From assembly GCF_000219175.1 (NCBI RefSeq), contig NC_015735.1:210001-242000 (forward strand): a DNA stretch of 32,000 bases, in the 5' to 3' direction. Source of the stretch: Candidatus Moranella endobia PCIT (lineage in GTDB: Bacteria > Pseudomonadota > Gammaproteobacteria > Enterobacterales > Enterobacteriaceae). Shown in pieces: positions 1-7,776 of the stretch (its first letter is position 1; each line of letters opens with the position of its first letter). The position numbers were made by a program, and so were the translations under genes. The notes beneath the pieces were generated by a model. It searched no databases and was not told where the DNA came from. It saw nothing but the letters and a program-made list of their open reading frames with translations.

Positions 1-1079
1 CGTAATGGTTCTGCTGCGCCCCACAATAGCTGGTCGCCAACGGTAAAAGCCGAAATATACTTAGGTCCCATATTTAATTTTCGTAACCTGCCTACTGGCG
101 TTTTTAATGTTCCTGTTACTGCAGCTGGCGTTAATTCTCGCATAGACAATTCACGGTCGTTAGGCACTACTTTCACCCAGTCATTATGGTTTGCAAGTAA
201 TTGTTCGATTACTGCCAATGGAATATCCTGCTTTAGTTTCAGCGTAAATGCTTGGCTATGGCAGCGTAGAGATCCTATACGTACGCATAATCCATCTACC
301 GGAATTGCCTGACTGATATTAAGAATTTTGTTGGTTTCCGCCTGGCCTTTCCATTCTTCACGACTCTGACCATTTTCTAGCTGCTTATCTATCCAAGGTA
401 TTAAGCTACCAGCAAGAGGTACACAAAAATTATCAATCGGCAGGGTACCGCTGCGGGTCAATTCGGTAACTCGACGCTCGATATCCAGAATAGCCGATAC
501 TGAATTCTGTAGTGGTTTAGCTACCACATCGTACAATTGCCCCATTTGTAACAATAGTTCACGCATATGGCGGGCGCCACCGCCTGATGCTGCCTGATAG
601 GTGGCAACTGATACCCATTCAACCAAATTATTGACGAACAAACCACCCAGTGACATAAGCATTAGGCTCACGGTGCAGTTACCGCCGACAAAATTTTTAA
701 TGCCACGATCCAAACCCTGTTGTATCACTTGCTGGTTGATTGGATCTAGGATAATAACCGCGTCATCGCTCATACGCAACGTTGATGCCGCATCTATCCA
801 ATATCCTTGCCAGCCGCTTTTACGCAACCGTGGATGGATTTCGTTGGTATAACTACCTCCCTGGCAGGTAACAATAATATCTAGCGCACTTAGCGCCGCT
901 ATATCCTTGGCATTCTGTAATATACCTTGCTTACCATTGACAAGCGGAGCTAGCTGACCACTTTGGGAGGTAGAAAAAAAGACTGGTTGAATAGCGACAA
1001 AATCTTGCTCTTCATGCATGCGTTGCATTAACACTGAACCAACCATACCGCGCCAGCCAATAAAACCAACCTTTTTCAT
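1..1079 (-). CDS. asd: aspartate-semialdehyde dehydrogenase; the 3' end runs off the window edge
   Basis: It is missing from the ORF track because it has no stop inside the window. Reverse-strand translation from the ATG (complement of 1077-1079) reads [27 protein letters not shown]...[14 protein letters not shown]...[19 protein letters not shown]...[17 protein letters not shown]...[12 protein letters not shown]...[13 protein letters not shown]. This is colinear with E. coli Asd, including the active-site Cys context GGNCTV. Only the last few codons lie beyond position 1. Confidence 0.95.
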   Translation of the reverse strand, partial: MKKVGFIGWRGMVGSVLMQRMHEEQDFVAIQPVFFSTSQSGQLAPLVNGKQGILQNAKDIAALSALDIIVTCQGGSYTNEIHPRLRKSGWQGYWIDAASTLRMSDDAVIILDPINQQVIQQGLDRGIKNFVGGNCTVSLMLMSLGGLFVNNLVEWVSVATYQAASGGGARHMRELLLQMGQLYDVVAKPLQNSVSAILDIERRVTELTRSGTLPIDNFCVPLAGSLIPWIDKQLENGQSREEWKGQAETNKILNISQAIPVDGLCVRIGSLRCHSQAFTLKLKQDIPLAVIEQLLANHNDWVKVVPNDRELSMRELTPAAVTGTLKTPVGRLRKLNMGPKYISAFTVGDQLLWGAAEPL

Positions 1080-1109
1080 AGTTAAATATCCAATCTTAGA
1101 AGTTGCAAA

Positions 1110-1765
1110 TGATTACGTTACTGCTTAGTAAAATTAGCCATTAAACTATATAATAGAGTAAATAAATGTTACAAGTGAAAGTTTTCGTCATTTTAAATCT
1201 TTTTAAGACATTGTTATGCTCGAAAGTTATAGTGTGTCCCCGTCACTACTACTGGCATAGACGTCATAAATGAGTTAGTCAGATGATATATGTCTGTATT
1301 TCTGTGCTAAAATAGCTGTAGCAGAATCATCCACCATTTATCATTCTCCAGTTAATACTGATAGCATTGCTCTTAAGAGCAATGCTATCAGCCTGCAAAC
1401 TAAAAACCATATTGAAAGAATGTCATACGTTAATTACGATATGATAATAATTAGTTTAGAAAAAATTCACCTGTGATGAATAAGGTACTTGCAGTTCAGC
1501 TATTTATATTTATTTGCTCACTGAACTGTAATGTAAATAAGGTCACAATGTCTTGTCTATGATAACTAAACAATACATAAACTAGCCAGGTGCATGCTAC
1601 TCTAATCCTGGTTTATAATGTGCGCACCAATATACTGCTAGCTAATCGCTGGTAACAAAACTCATCCTATCATTAGTAAAGTGTTGCTACTAAATAATCT
1701 TCAGACTATAAAGTTACTGATGAAGCGTTACCGGTTATAGTGAAACTAAGCTGCATAGGAGTCAT
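1110..1765 (-). pseudogene. zapE: eroded relic of zapE (yhcM, AAA-type cell-division ATPase)
   Basis: Minus-strand fragments in shifting frames resemble E. coli ZapE in colinear order. AVYWCAH and ...VACTWLVYVLFSY match LYMWGGVGRGKTWLMDLFYQSL, with the Walker A lost. TLFITGEFFLN* matches DVLCFDEFFVSD. KDLK*RKLSLV matches GDRLKFEFQRCLSRL. There are multiple stops and frameshifts, and the relic is about 0.65 kb against about 1.1 kb intact. It is divergent from the zapG relic, as in E. coli. The boundaries are approximate. Confidence 0.4.
1358..1391. repeat. perfect 34-bp palindrome CTGATAGCATTGCTCTTAAGAGCAATGCTATCAG
   Basis: Read directly from the sequence: the 17-nt arms are exact reverse complements with no spacer, and the centre is TTAA. 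It lies inside the zapE relic. No flanking T or A tract is present, so it is not a canonical intrinsic terminator. Confidence 0.9.
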
Positions 1766-1773
1766 TATTAACT

Positions 1774-2198
1774 ATGAATTTAAGCTGCATTCGATTGGTA
1801 GTAGGCATAATTATTAGTGTAATAACCATGTATTACGGTTATCGTCTACTTGATAAGTAACAAGATTTTGCCAAGAGCATAGTCAACTATACCAATCTTA
1901 CTAAGAGCTAACAAGTAATATAACTACTGGCTAAAATAGCCCATGCTTAAAGTAATTTAGAGCAGTAAATCACAAATAACTACAATCAAATTGTCTAGCT
2001 TGACTAGCGGCGCAACAAATATAATCTATTCTGCTATCATCTACCAGGCATATGAGAAAGTGCCAGACCAGCAGTTTGCTACAATAGCGCTATCCAGGAC
2101 CTACTAGTGTCTTAGCTTGTAGCAACTAGCATGTTTTATTCCAGGCAATGGCAATTATGATACCGGCAAAAATGCCTGAACCAGGGTATCTAATCTGA
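1774..2198 (+). pseudogene. zapG: near full-length but inactivated zapG (yhcB)
   Basis: The ATG at 1774 opens MNLSCIRLVVGIIISVITMYYGYRLLDK*, which matches E. coli YhcB MTWEYALIGLVVGIIIGAVAMRFGNRKL. Downstream, in other frames, TRHMRKCQTSSLLQ* (2049-2087) matches YQHMAKSSSSLLPE, and KMPEPGYLI* (ending at 2198) matches QMPRDYSEG. There are several stops and at least two frameshifts. It sits directly upstream of degQ, as in E. coli. Confidence 0.6.
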
Positions 2199-2220
2199 AC
2201 ATGAACGAGTTAACGGTATA

Positions 2221-3591
2221 ATGAAAACAGCACTTCTATTTAATGTATTGGCGCTCAGCATCGGATTAAGCGTAATTCCTGTGTCGGTACCGCGAGCAGC
2301 GGTGCCAGTCGCAAGGGCTCGGCCGTCTATACCCAGTTTGGCGCCGATGCTGGCTAAAGTTCTTCCCGCAGTGGTAAGCGTGCATGTAGAAGGTTCACAG
2401 CAAGTCCGCCGTCCTATGCTACCGAAGGAGTTCAAATACTTCTTTGGTCCCGACATACCGGGTGGTAACAGCGGCACACGACCGTTTGAAGGGCTTGGTT
2501 CAGGAGTAATCATTAATTCAGCTAGGGGTTATGTTATTACCAACAATCATGTTGTCAACGGTGCTGAAAAAATAAAAGTGCAGATCAATGACGGTCGTGA
2601 ATTCGACGCTAAGTTGATAGGACACGACGAGCAAACCGATCTTGCTTTGCTGCAGTTGTCCTCCCAAAAAAATCTCATAGAGGTGATTATAGCCGATTCT
2701 GACGCTCTGAAGGTAGGAGATTTTGCGGTAGCGGTAGGTAACCCGTTCGGTATTGGTCAGACAGCAACATCAGGTATTGTATCTGCTCTTGGCCGCAGTG
2801 GCCTAAATTTAGAGGGACTGGAGAACTTTATTCAGACTGATGCATCCATCAATCGCGGTAATTCCGGTGGTGCACTGGTGAATCTAAACGGTGAGCTAAT
2901 AGGCATTAACACTGCCATTCTAGCTCCGGGGGGCGGTAATATTGGCATTGGTTTCGCTATCCCCAGTAATATTGTTAAGAACCTGAGTCAACAATTAATG
3001 GAATATGGTGAAGTAAAACGCGGCCAGTTGGGGATTAAAGGCACGGAGATGACTGCCGATATCGCTAAAGCTTTTAATATAGATGCTCAGCGTGGCGCAT
3101 TCGTCAGCGAAGTATTACCAAATTCAGCTGCTGCTAAAGCTGGTATAAAAGCTGGCGATATAATTATTTCGGTGGCAGATAAACCAATTCAAAGTTTCGC
3201 CGAACTACGGGTTAAGGTAGGTACAACTGCACCAGGCAAAACCATCAAACTTGGACTATTGCGTAATGGCAAGACTAAAACAGCGTTAGTGATACTGGAT
3301 GATAGTGCGTCCGCAACCACGAGTGAAGATATTATCACCCCAGCGTTAAAAGGGGCTTCTCTTAGCAACGGTAGATTGAAAGACGGCACCAAGGGCGTTC
3401 AGGTAGAGGATATCGTGAAAGACTCACCAGCTGCCGCTATCGGATTACAAAAAGGCGATGTTATAGTCGGCTTGAATCGTGAACGAGTACAAAACCTGGC
3501 AAAACTACGCAAGTTGTTAGAGGCCAAACCGGCAGTAATGGCACTAAATATTGTACGCGGCGAAGCAAATATTTTCCTATTACTGCGCTAA
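2221..3591 (+). CDS. degQ: periplasmic HtrA-family serine endoprotease DegQ
   Basis: This is a 456-aa ORF with a signal-peptide-like N-terminus. The catalytic-triad contexts are present: ITNNHV, TDLALLQL and NRGNSGGALVNLNGELIGINTAI. Two PDZ-like segments follow. It is colinear with the 455-aa E. coli DegQ and lacks the longer DegP linker. The zapG-degQ synteny is preserved. Confidence 0.9.
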   Translation: MKTALLFNVLALSIGLSVIPVSVPRAAVPVARARPSIPSLAPMLAKVLPAVVSVHVEGSQQVRRPMLPKEFKYFFGPDIPGGNSGTRPFEGLGSGVIINSARGYVITNNHVVNGAEKIKVQINDGREFDAKLIGHDEQTDLALLQLSSQKNLIEVIIADSDALKVGDFAVAVGNPFGIGQTATSGIVSALGRSGLNLEGLENFIQTDASINRGNSGGALVNLNGELIGINTAILAPGGGNIGIGFAIPSNIVKNLSQQLMEYGEVKRGQLGIKGTEMTADIAKAFNIDAQRGAFVSEVLPNSAAAKAGIKAGDIIISVADKPIQSFAELRVKVGTTAPGKTIKLGLLRNGKTKTALVILDDSASATTSEDIITPALKGASLSNGRLKDGTKGVQVEDIVKDSPAAAIGLQKGDVIVGLNRERVQNLAKLRKLLEAKPAVMALNIVRGEANIFLLLR

Positions 3592-3598
3592 TTTTATG

Positions 3599-3628
3599 AA
3601 AACTGACTCCTATCTAGGTGTCAGTTTT
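3599..3628. terminator. candidate bidirectional intrinsic terminator between convergent degQ and ibaG
   Basis: AAAACTGACTCCTA-TC-TAGGTGTCAGTTTT is a 30-nt near-perfect palindrome with one arm mismatch. The arms end in A4 on one side and T4 on the other, and it starts 8 nt after the degQ stop. The T tract is short and the stem is moderately AT-rich. Confidence 0.35.
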
Positions 3629-3840
3629 ACTGCTGTTTGTTTACTAATTCTACATTATACTTGTTTATTCCCCTGCGTTCAGCAATGGTTTATTGTTGTT
3701 ATAACTATTAAACTATTATTAATTAGTGGTACTACCGTTAGTATATATAATTAACAAATACAAGTCCTCGCTGTCTAAGACACGGTAATACGATCGTATG
3801 CATATGTCTCCATTGTTAAGATCAACATCGCAACATTTTA

Positions 3841-4086
3841 TCACTTGTTGCTATCACGCTGCCACTCTTCAGGAGTATAAGCTTTTATCGATAATGCGTG
3901 GATGCGATTATCGGCAATATATTCCATCAGCGGCAAATAAATCATCTGCTGTTTTTTAACTAGGCTCATACCAGAGAACTGTGCACTGACCGCAATAACC
4001 TGAAAATGGCTACCATTGCGACTTATGTGTACTTCTTCCAGTACCAGAGCTTTCATCAGTACCTCTTTAATTGTACTTATTTCCAT
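3841..4086 (-). CDS. ibaG: BolA-family acid-stress protein IbaG (YrbA)
   Basis: The ORF track opens at 4140, but homology to the 84-aa E. coli IbaG begins at the internal ATG at 4086. The protein reads [76 protein letters not shown]. coli has [33 protein letters not shown]...[20 protein letters not shown]. Confidence 0.88.
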   Translation of the reverse strand: MEISTIKEVLMKALVLEEVHISRNGSHFQVIAVSAQFSGMSLVKKQQMIYLPLMEYIADNRIHALSIKAYTPEEWQRDSNK

Positions 4087-4260
4087 ATAAAAACTGTATT
4101 TTAGAAGCAAAAAATAGACTGTTATCTTAGCGTAATCCATAGCTATCGGAAAGATGTAAAATCAACAAACAGTTTTTATGAGGGTATTATTATCATGGTT
4201 CACTCCAGTGTTGCTAAAATGCACATAAGATGAAGTACTGGTTCAGTCAGACATTGCAAG
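4087..4260 (-). pseudogene. mlaB: relic of the mlaB 3' end; its last codons run in frame into ibaG
   Basis: The 18 extra N-terminal codons of the tracked ORF (..[14 protein letters not shown]) resemble the MlaB C-terminus NDKVYTLAKLYNL. Further upstream, in another frame, [13 protein letters not shown] resembles GLALLLHLIDLAKK. Stops are interspersed. The mlaB-ibaG adjacency is the E. coli order. Confidence 0.4.
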
Positions 4261-4411
4261 ATCTGCTTAAAGTATTTTGCAAAAAAAATGGCGCTAAGTA
4301 ATTTACAATACAACAAACGCATCGGTAATAAGAATATTTTTATTGACTCATACGGCTATAATAGTAGAATAACTGAGAGTTAGCTATAAGCTACGTTTAA
4401 GCATGTAATAA

Positions 4412-4486
<75 letters not shown>

Positions 4487-4789
4487 AGTTTCTGATCGCA
4501 GAAAACACAGCATATCTTAGTCAGTTTGTTATTTAGTTTAAACTATGGCTAATTGATCTCACCATGCGATGATTTTCAACAGTTCCCTCTACTCCACACT
4601 CCACTAGGTGAGTTGCTAATGAATGTCGAACATTATTATTATCCTTCCAAAAAGCATATTATTGCTGCAATTATTGTAATTTAAGCAACAACTGACAGTT
4701 GTGCGTTTGTCTTTTCCTACCAACGACGCTGCAGAAGATTTCTTGCTTCAAGCAGCAGGTTGCCATTACTCTATTGTCTGACATACATT

Positions 4790-4910
4790 AACATCGTTCT
4801 GCCAGTAGCCATGGAACACGCAATATTTTGATATGTTGCGATCCCAAACAATGGATAATTGGCAAGCATAAATTAGAAAGCAAACAGCAAATAAAGAAAG
4901 AGAACATTAA
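4790..4910 (+). pseudogene. ispG: relic of the ispG (gcpE) 3' end
   Basis: Immediately upstream of hisS, which is the E. coli order ispG-his[20 protein letters not shown] (4848-4910) matches the IspG C-terminus [22 protein letters not shown]. A weaker fragment, VAMEHA, matches VNGPGEA upstream. It contains an internal stop, and only about 120 nt are recognisable out of about 1.1 kb. Confidence 0.4.
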
Positions 4911-4927
4911 AGGCAAAAACAAGTAAC

Positions 4928-6208
4928 ATGGCAAAAAAAATCCAAGCAATTCGTGGCATGAACGACTATTTGCCAGAAGAGACAGCATTCTGGCAGAGCG
5001 TTGAGAAAATGCTAAAAGGCGTTTTGGCAAACTATGGTTACAGTGAAATTCGCTTACCTCTCGTCGAACATACCAAGCTCTTCCAAAGAGCAATCGGTGA
5101 AGTTACTGATGTAGTAGAAAAAGAGATGTCTAACTTCACCGATCGCAACGGCGATAGCCTGACACTGCGGCCGGAAGGAACAGCCGGCTGCGTGCGCGCC
5201 GGGATTGAACACGGTCTACTGTACAACCAGGAACAGCGGTTCTGGTATATTGGTCCAATGTTCCGTTACGAACGACCGCAAAAAGGTCGCTACCGCCAGT
5301 TTAACCAGCTTGGTGCTGAGGTATTTGGTCAGCAGGGGCCAGACGTTGACGCCGAGCTTATTCTGCTAACCGCCCGCTGCTGGCGTGTGCTTGGCATCAG
5401 CGAACATTTGTCACTAGAACTAAATTCCATTGGATCGATTGAGGCGCGCACTTGTTACCGCAAGGCGTTAGTAAATTTTCTCGTCAAACATGAAGAAAGC
5501 CTGGATGAGGATTGCCGCCGAAGGTTGCACACTAATCCAATGCGAGTGCTGGACACGAAAAATCCAGATATCCAAGTGCTGCTTCAAGATGCACCGGTCA
5601 TGATTGATTATCTTGACGATGATTCCAGCGCCAAATTCTGCGGTTTGTGTCAAATGATCGAACTTGCTGGCATAAAATATCAGGTTAATCCACGCTTAGT
5701 ACGCGGCCTTGATTACTATAACCAGACAGTGTTCGAGTGGATAACCACCAGTCTAGGTTCGCAAGGTACCATTTGTGGCGGCGGCCGTTACGATGGTCTA
5801 GTAAAACAGTTGGGCGGTCACGCCACACCAGCCATAGGTTTTGCTATTGGCCTGGAACGACTGGTTCTGCTGGTGCAGTCTGTTAACCCTGATTTAGTGG
5901 CAAAACCAAGCATCGACATCTACCTGATTGCGGTAGGGGATAATATCCAACATTCAGCGCTGCTGTTAGCGGATAAGTTACGTGACTATTTACCTTCCCT
6001 ACGTATCATGACAAATTACGGCGGCGGAAGCTTAAAAAAACAATTTGGCCGCGCCGATAAGCAAGGTGCCCGCGTAGCGCTGGTTATGGGAGAAAATCAG
6101 ACGGCGAAACAACACATTATAGTTAAGGATTTGGCTACTGGTAACCAAGAAACTATTGCACATAGCGATGTAGTTGTGCGGCTTACATCGATTTTTGGTG
6201 AAGTATAA
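4928..6208 (+). CDS. hisS: histidine--tRNA ligase
   Basis: This 426-aa ORF is colinear with the 424-aa E. coli HisRS. Matching segments include [79 protein letters not shown] and [21 protein letters not shown]. Confidence 0.97.
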   Translation: MAKKIQAIRGMNDYLPEETAFWQSVEKMLKGVLANYGYSEIRLPLVEHTKLFQRAIGEVTDVVEKEMSNFTDRNGDSLTLRPEGTAGCVRAGIEHGLLYNQEQRFWYIGPMFRYERPQKGRYRQFNQLGAEVFGQQGPDVDAELILLTARCWRVLGISEHLSLELNSIGSIEARTCYRKALVNFLVKHEESLDEDCRRRLHTNPMRVLDTKNPDIQVLLQDAPVMIDYLDDDSSAKFCGLCQMIELAGIKYQVNPRLVRGLDYYNQTVFEWITTSLGSQGTICGGGRYDGLVKQLGGHATPAIGFAIGLERLVLLVQSVNPDLVAKPSIDIYLIAVGDNIQHSALLLADKLRDYLPSLRIMTNYGGGSLKKQFGRADKQGARVALVMGENQTAKQHIIVKDLATGNQETIAHSDVVVRLTSIFGEV

Positions 6209-6377
6209 TACTCTTGTTCAATGCTACACTGATAACAAACAGAGGAAGCTAGTAACTAATTTTGAGACAAATGATAATAATAACCAAACAAGAATAATAC
6301 GTAATGCCAATAATTATATAATTATGTCTTGCTGTCCTATCTGGAACTAATGCGGTAAGTTTAAGAGCATAGTTATT

Positions 6378-6524
6378 GGTTTTGCTGCATCAACTGCACA
6401 TGTTATTTTGGCCAGTGTGCAACGACGGTAGCAAATATGGCTAGATAATTGCAAATATCAACAATGTGTAGGAACATTAGACGGCGCTAGTTGAGCAAAA
6501 GCTAGTGCGGCTCATGAACGTTGA
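6378..6524 (+). pseudogene. yfgM: relic of yfgM
   Basis: It lies in the spacer between hisS and bamB, where E. coli carries yfgM. HVILASVQRR*QIWLDNCK matches AVINLRLARVQVQLKQ...LDTIK. AKASAAHER* matches GARSAWEAG. Stops are present, and the 352-bp spacer is too short for the 206-codon gene. Confidence 0.35.
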
Positions 6525-6560
6525 TTATTTATAAATATAGCTAAAAGGTACTACACCAAA

Positions 6561-7739
6561 GTGTTTAAAACTATGGTTTTAAGTCTGTTATCAGTTATGC
6601 TACTTAGCGGGTATAAATTTTTAAGTAAAAAAGAAGAGTTAGTGACAATTTTGCCGTTACCACAAGTAGAGAATAAATTTAAGCCACAGAAGATATGGAG
6701 TTATTATATTGGCAGCAACAATGGCGGCGGCGATTTTTATTCCAATTTGCAACCTACCGTACAAAATACGCGCGTTTTTGTGGCCAATCGTTATGGTTTA
6801 GTAAAAGCGCTGGACGCTGACAGCGGTAAAGAGCTGTGGGCGAAGGATCTTTCTATTTACACCGGCTGCTTTTCGCGCAACCGGCCAGCGCAGCTATCAG
6901 GTGGTGTGACGGCAGTTGGTAATCGTATTTACGTGGCTAGCGAGCTGGCAAAAGTCTATGCCATGGAAGCTAAATGTGGCAGCCTAGCCTGGGAGGTTCT
7001 GGTCGCCGGCGAAACACTGTCTCCACCAGTGGTTAGTGACGGTGTGATTTTAATTCATACCAGCAACGGCATGCTACAAGCGCTTAATGAGGCTGATGGT
7101 GCGTTGAAATGGACCGTGAACCTTGAGGCCAAAATGCTGAATATACGCGGTGGATCAACTCCAACAACGGCATGTGGCACCGCCATAGTTGGCAGTGATA
7201 ACGGTCTGGTCAGTGCCGTCATGCTAAATATAGGCCAAATTATTTGGCAACAGCGCATCTCACAGACAGGCGGAGTTACCGAAATCGCCCGTATTAACGA
7301 TGTACAAGCGACACCTGTCGTGGTCAACGGCTACGTTTACGCCCTTGCCTATAATGGTAACCTGGCGGCGCTGGATCTGTTCTCCGGTAAGTTAATGTGG
7401 TCACGGGAAATTGGTTCATTCACTAATATGTTAGTGGAAAACGGTATAATCTACCTAGTTGACCAAAATGATCGCGTGATTGCAGTAGATGCTAAGAACG
7501 GAATTACTAGCTGGTATCAGAGTGCACTGTTGCACCGCAATTTGACCTCACCGGTGTTGAATAAAGATTCTATTGTTATAGGCGACTCTGGAGGCTACTT
7601 GCATTGGATCAATATTGATGATGGCCGGCTCGTTGCTCAAAAAAAAATTGCTAGCGCCCTGCTAGTAACCCCACTATTCGATGGCGATAAAATTATCGTA
7701 CAAGCAACTAATGGCGAGGTACACGCCATTATCCGCTAA
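6561..7739 (+). CDS. bamB: outer-membrane protein assembly factor BamB (beta-propeller); the lipobox cysteine is substituted
   Basis: The 392-aa ORF may start at GTG 6561 or at ATG 6573. It is colinear with E. coli BamB: LPLPQVENKF, FYSNLQP, GLVKALDADSGKELW, LSGGVT, HTSNGMLQALNEADGALKWTVNL, IWQQRISQ, ATPVVVNGYVYALAYNGNLAALDL, IYLVDQNDRVIAVD and GYLHWINIDDGRLVAQ. The signal peptide ends LLSGY where E. coli has LLSGC. Confidence 0.9.
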   Translation: MFKTMVLSLLSVMLLSGYKFLSKKEELVTILPLPQVENKFKPQKIWSYYIGSNNGGGDFYSNLQPTVQNTRVFVANRYGLVKALDADSGKELWAKDLSIYTGCFSRNRPAQLSGGVTAVGNRIYVASELAKVYAMEAKCGSLAWEVLVAGETLSPPVVSDGVILIHTSNGMLQALNEADGALKWTVNLEAKMLNIRGGSTPTTACGTAIVGSDNGLVSAVMLNIGQIIWQQRISQTGGVTEIARINDVQATPVVVNGYVYALAYNGNLAALDLFSGKLMWSREIGSFTNMLVENGIIYLVDQNDRVIAVDAKNGITSWYQSALLHRNLTSPVLNKDSIVIGDSGGYLHWINIDDGRLVAQKKIASALLVTPLFDGDKIIVQATNGEVHAIIR

Positions 7740-7776
7740 TGAATACTAATACTATTTGCTTAATGAGATTAACATC

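Noticed and set aside
601-852. An 83-aa + strand ORF in the track.
   Set aside because: It lies entirely antisense to the well-conserved asd coding sequence. It has no recognisable family similarity or ribosome-binding-site context, so it is a shadow ORF.
2190-2513. A 107-aa minus-strand ORF overlapping the degQ 5' end, and a similar antisense ORF at 3189-3392.
   Set aside because: Both are antisense shadows of a strongly conserved gene, and their Pro/Arg/Ser-rich translations are typical of wrong-frame reading.
3551-3754. A 67-aa hydrophobic ORF spanning the degQ stop and the downstream spacer.
   Set aside because: It starts inside degQ in another frame, crosses the palindromic terminator candidate and is AT-rich and low-complexity. 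At best it overlaps an unrecognisable relic, and it is not supportable as a gene.
4343-4362. TTGACT followed by TATAAT upstream of tRNA-Gly, and likewise TTGACA followed by TATAAT at 29943-29960.
   Set aside because: Both hexamer pairs are consensus-like, but the spacers are only 8 and 6 nt, which is incompatible with sigma-70 geometry. The second TTGACA is simply the complement of the engB-relic start region. The TATAAT at 4357-4362 alone could still serve as a -10 for the tRNA, but I cannot support it.
4788-5093. A 101-aa minus-strand ORF across the hisS start, and similar antisense ORFs at 5038-5226 and 5468-5653.
   Set aside because: They are antisense to hisS and to the ispG relic, with no homology signal.
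5119-5133. hisS reads KEMSNF where E. coli has KEMYTF.
   Set aside because: The histidine and ATP pocket segments I can place (LRPEGTAG, motifs 2 and 3, GGGRYD) are intact. I cannot show from sequence alone that this substitution matters.
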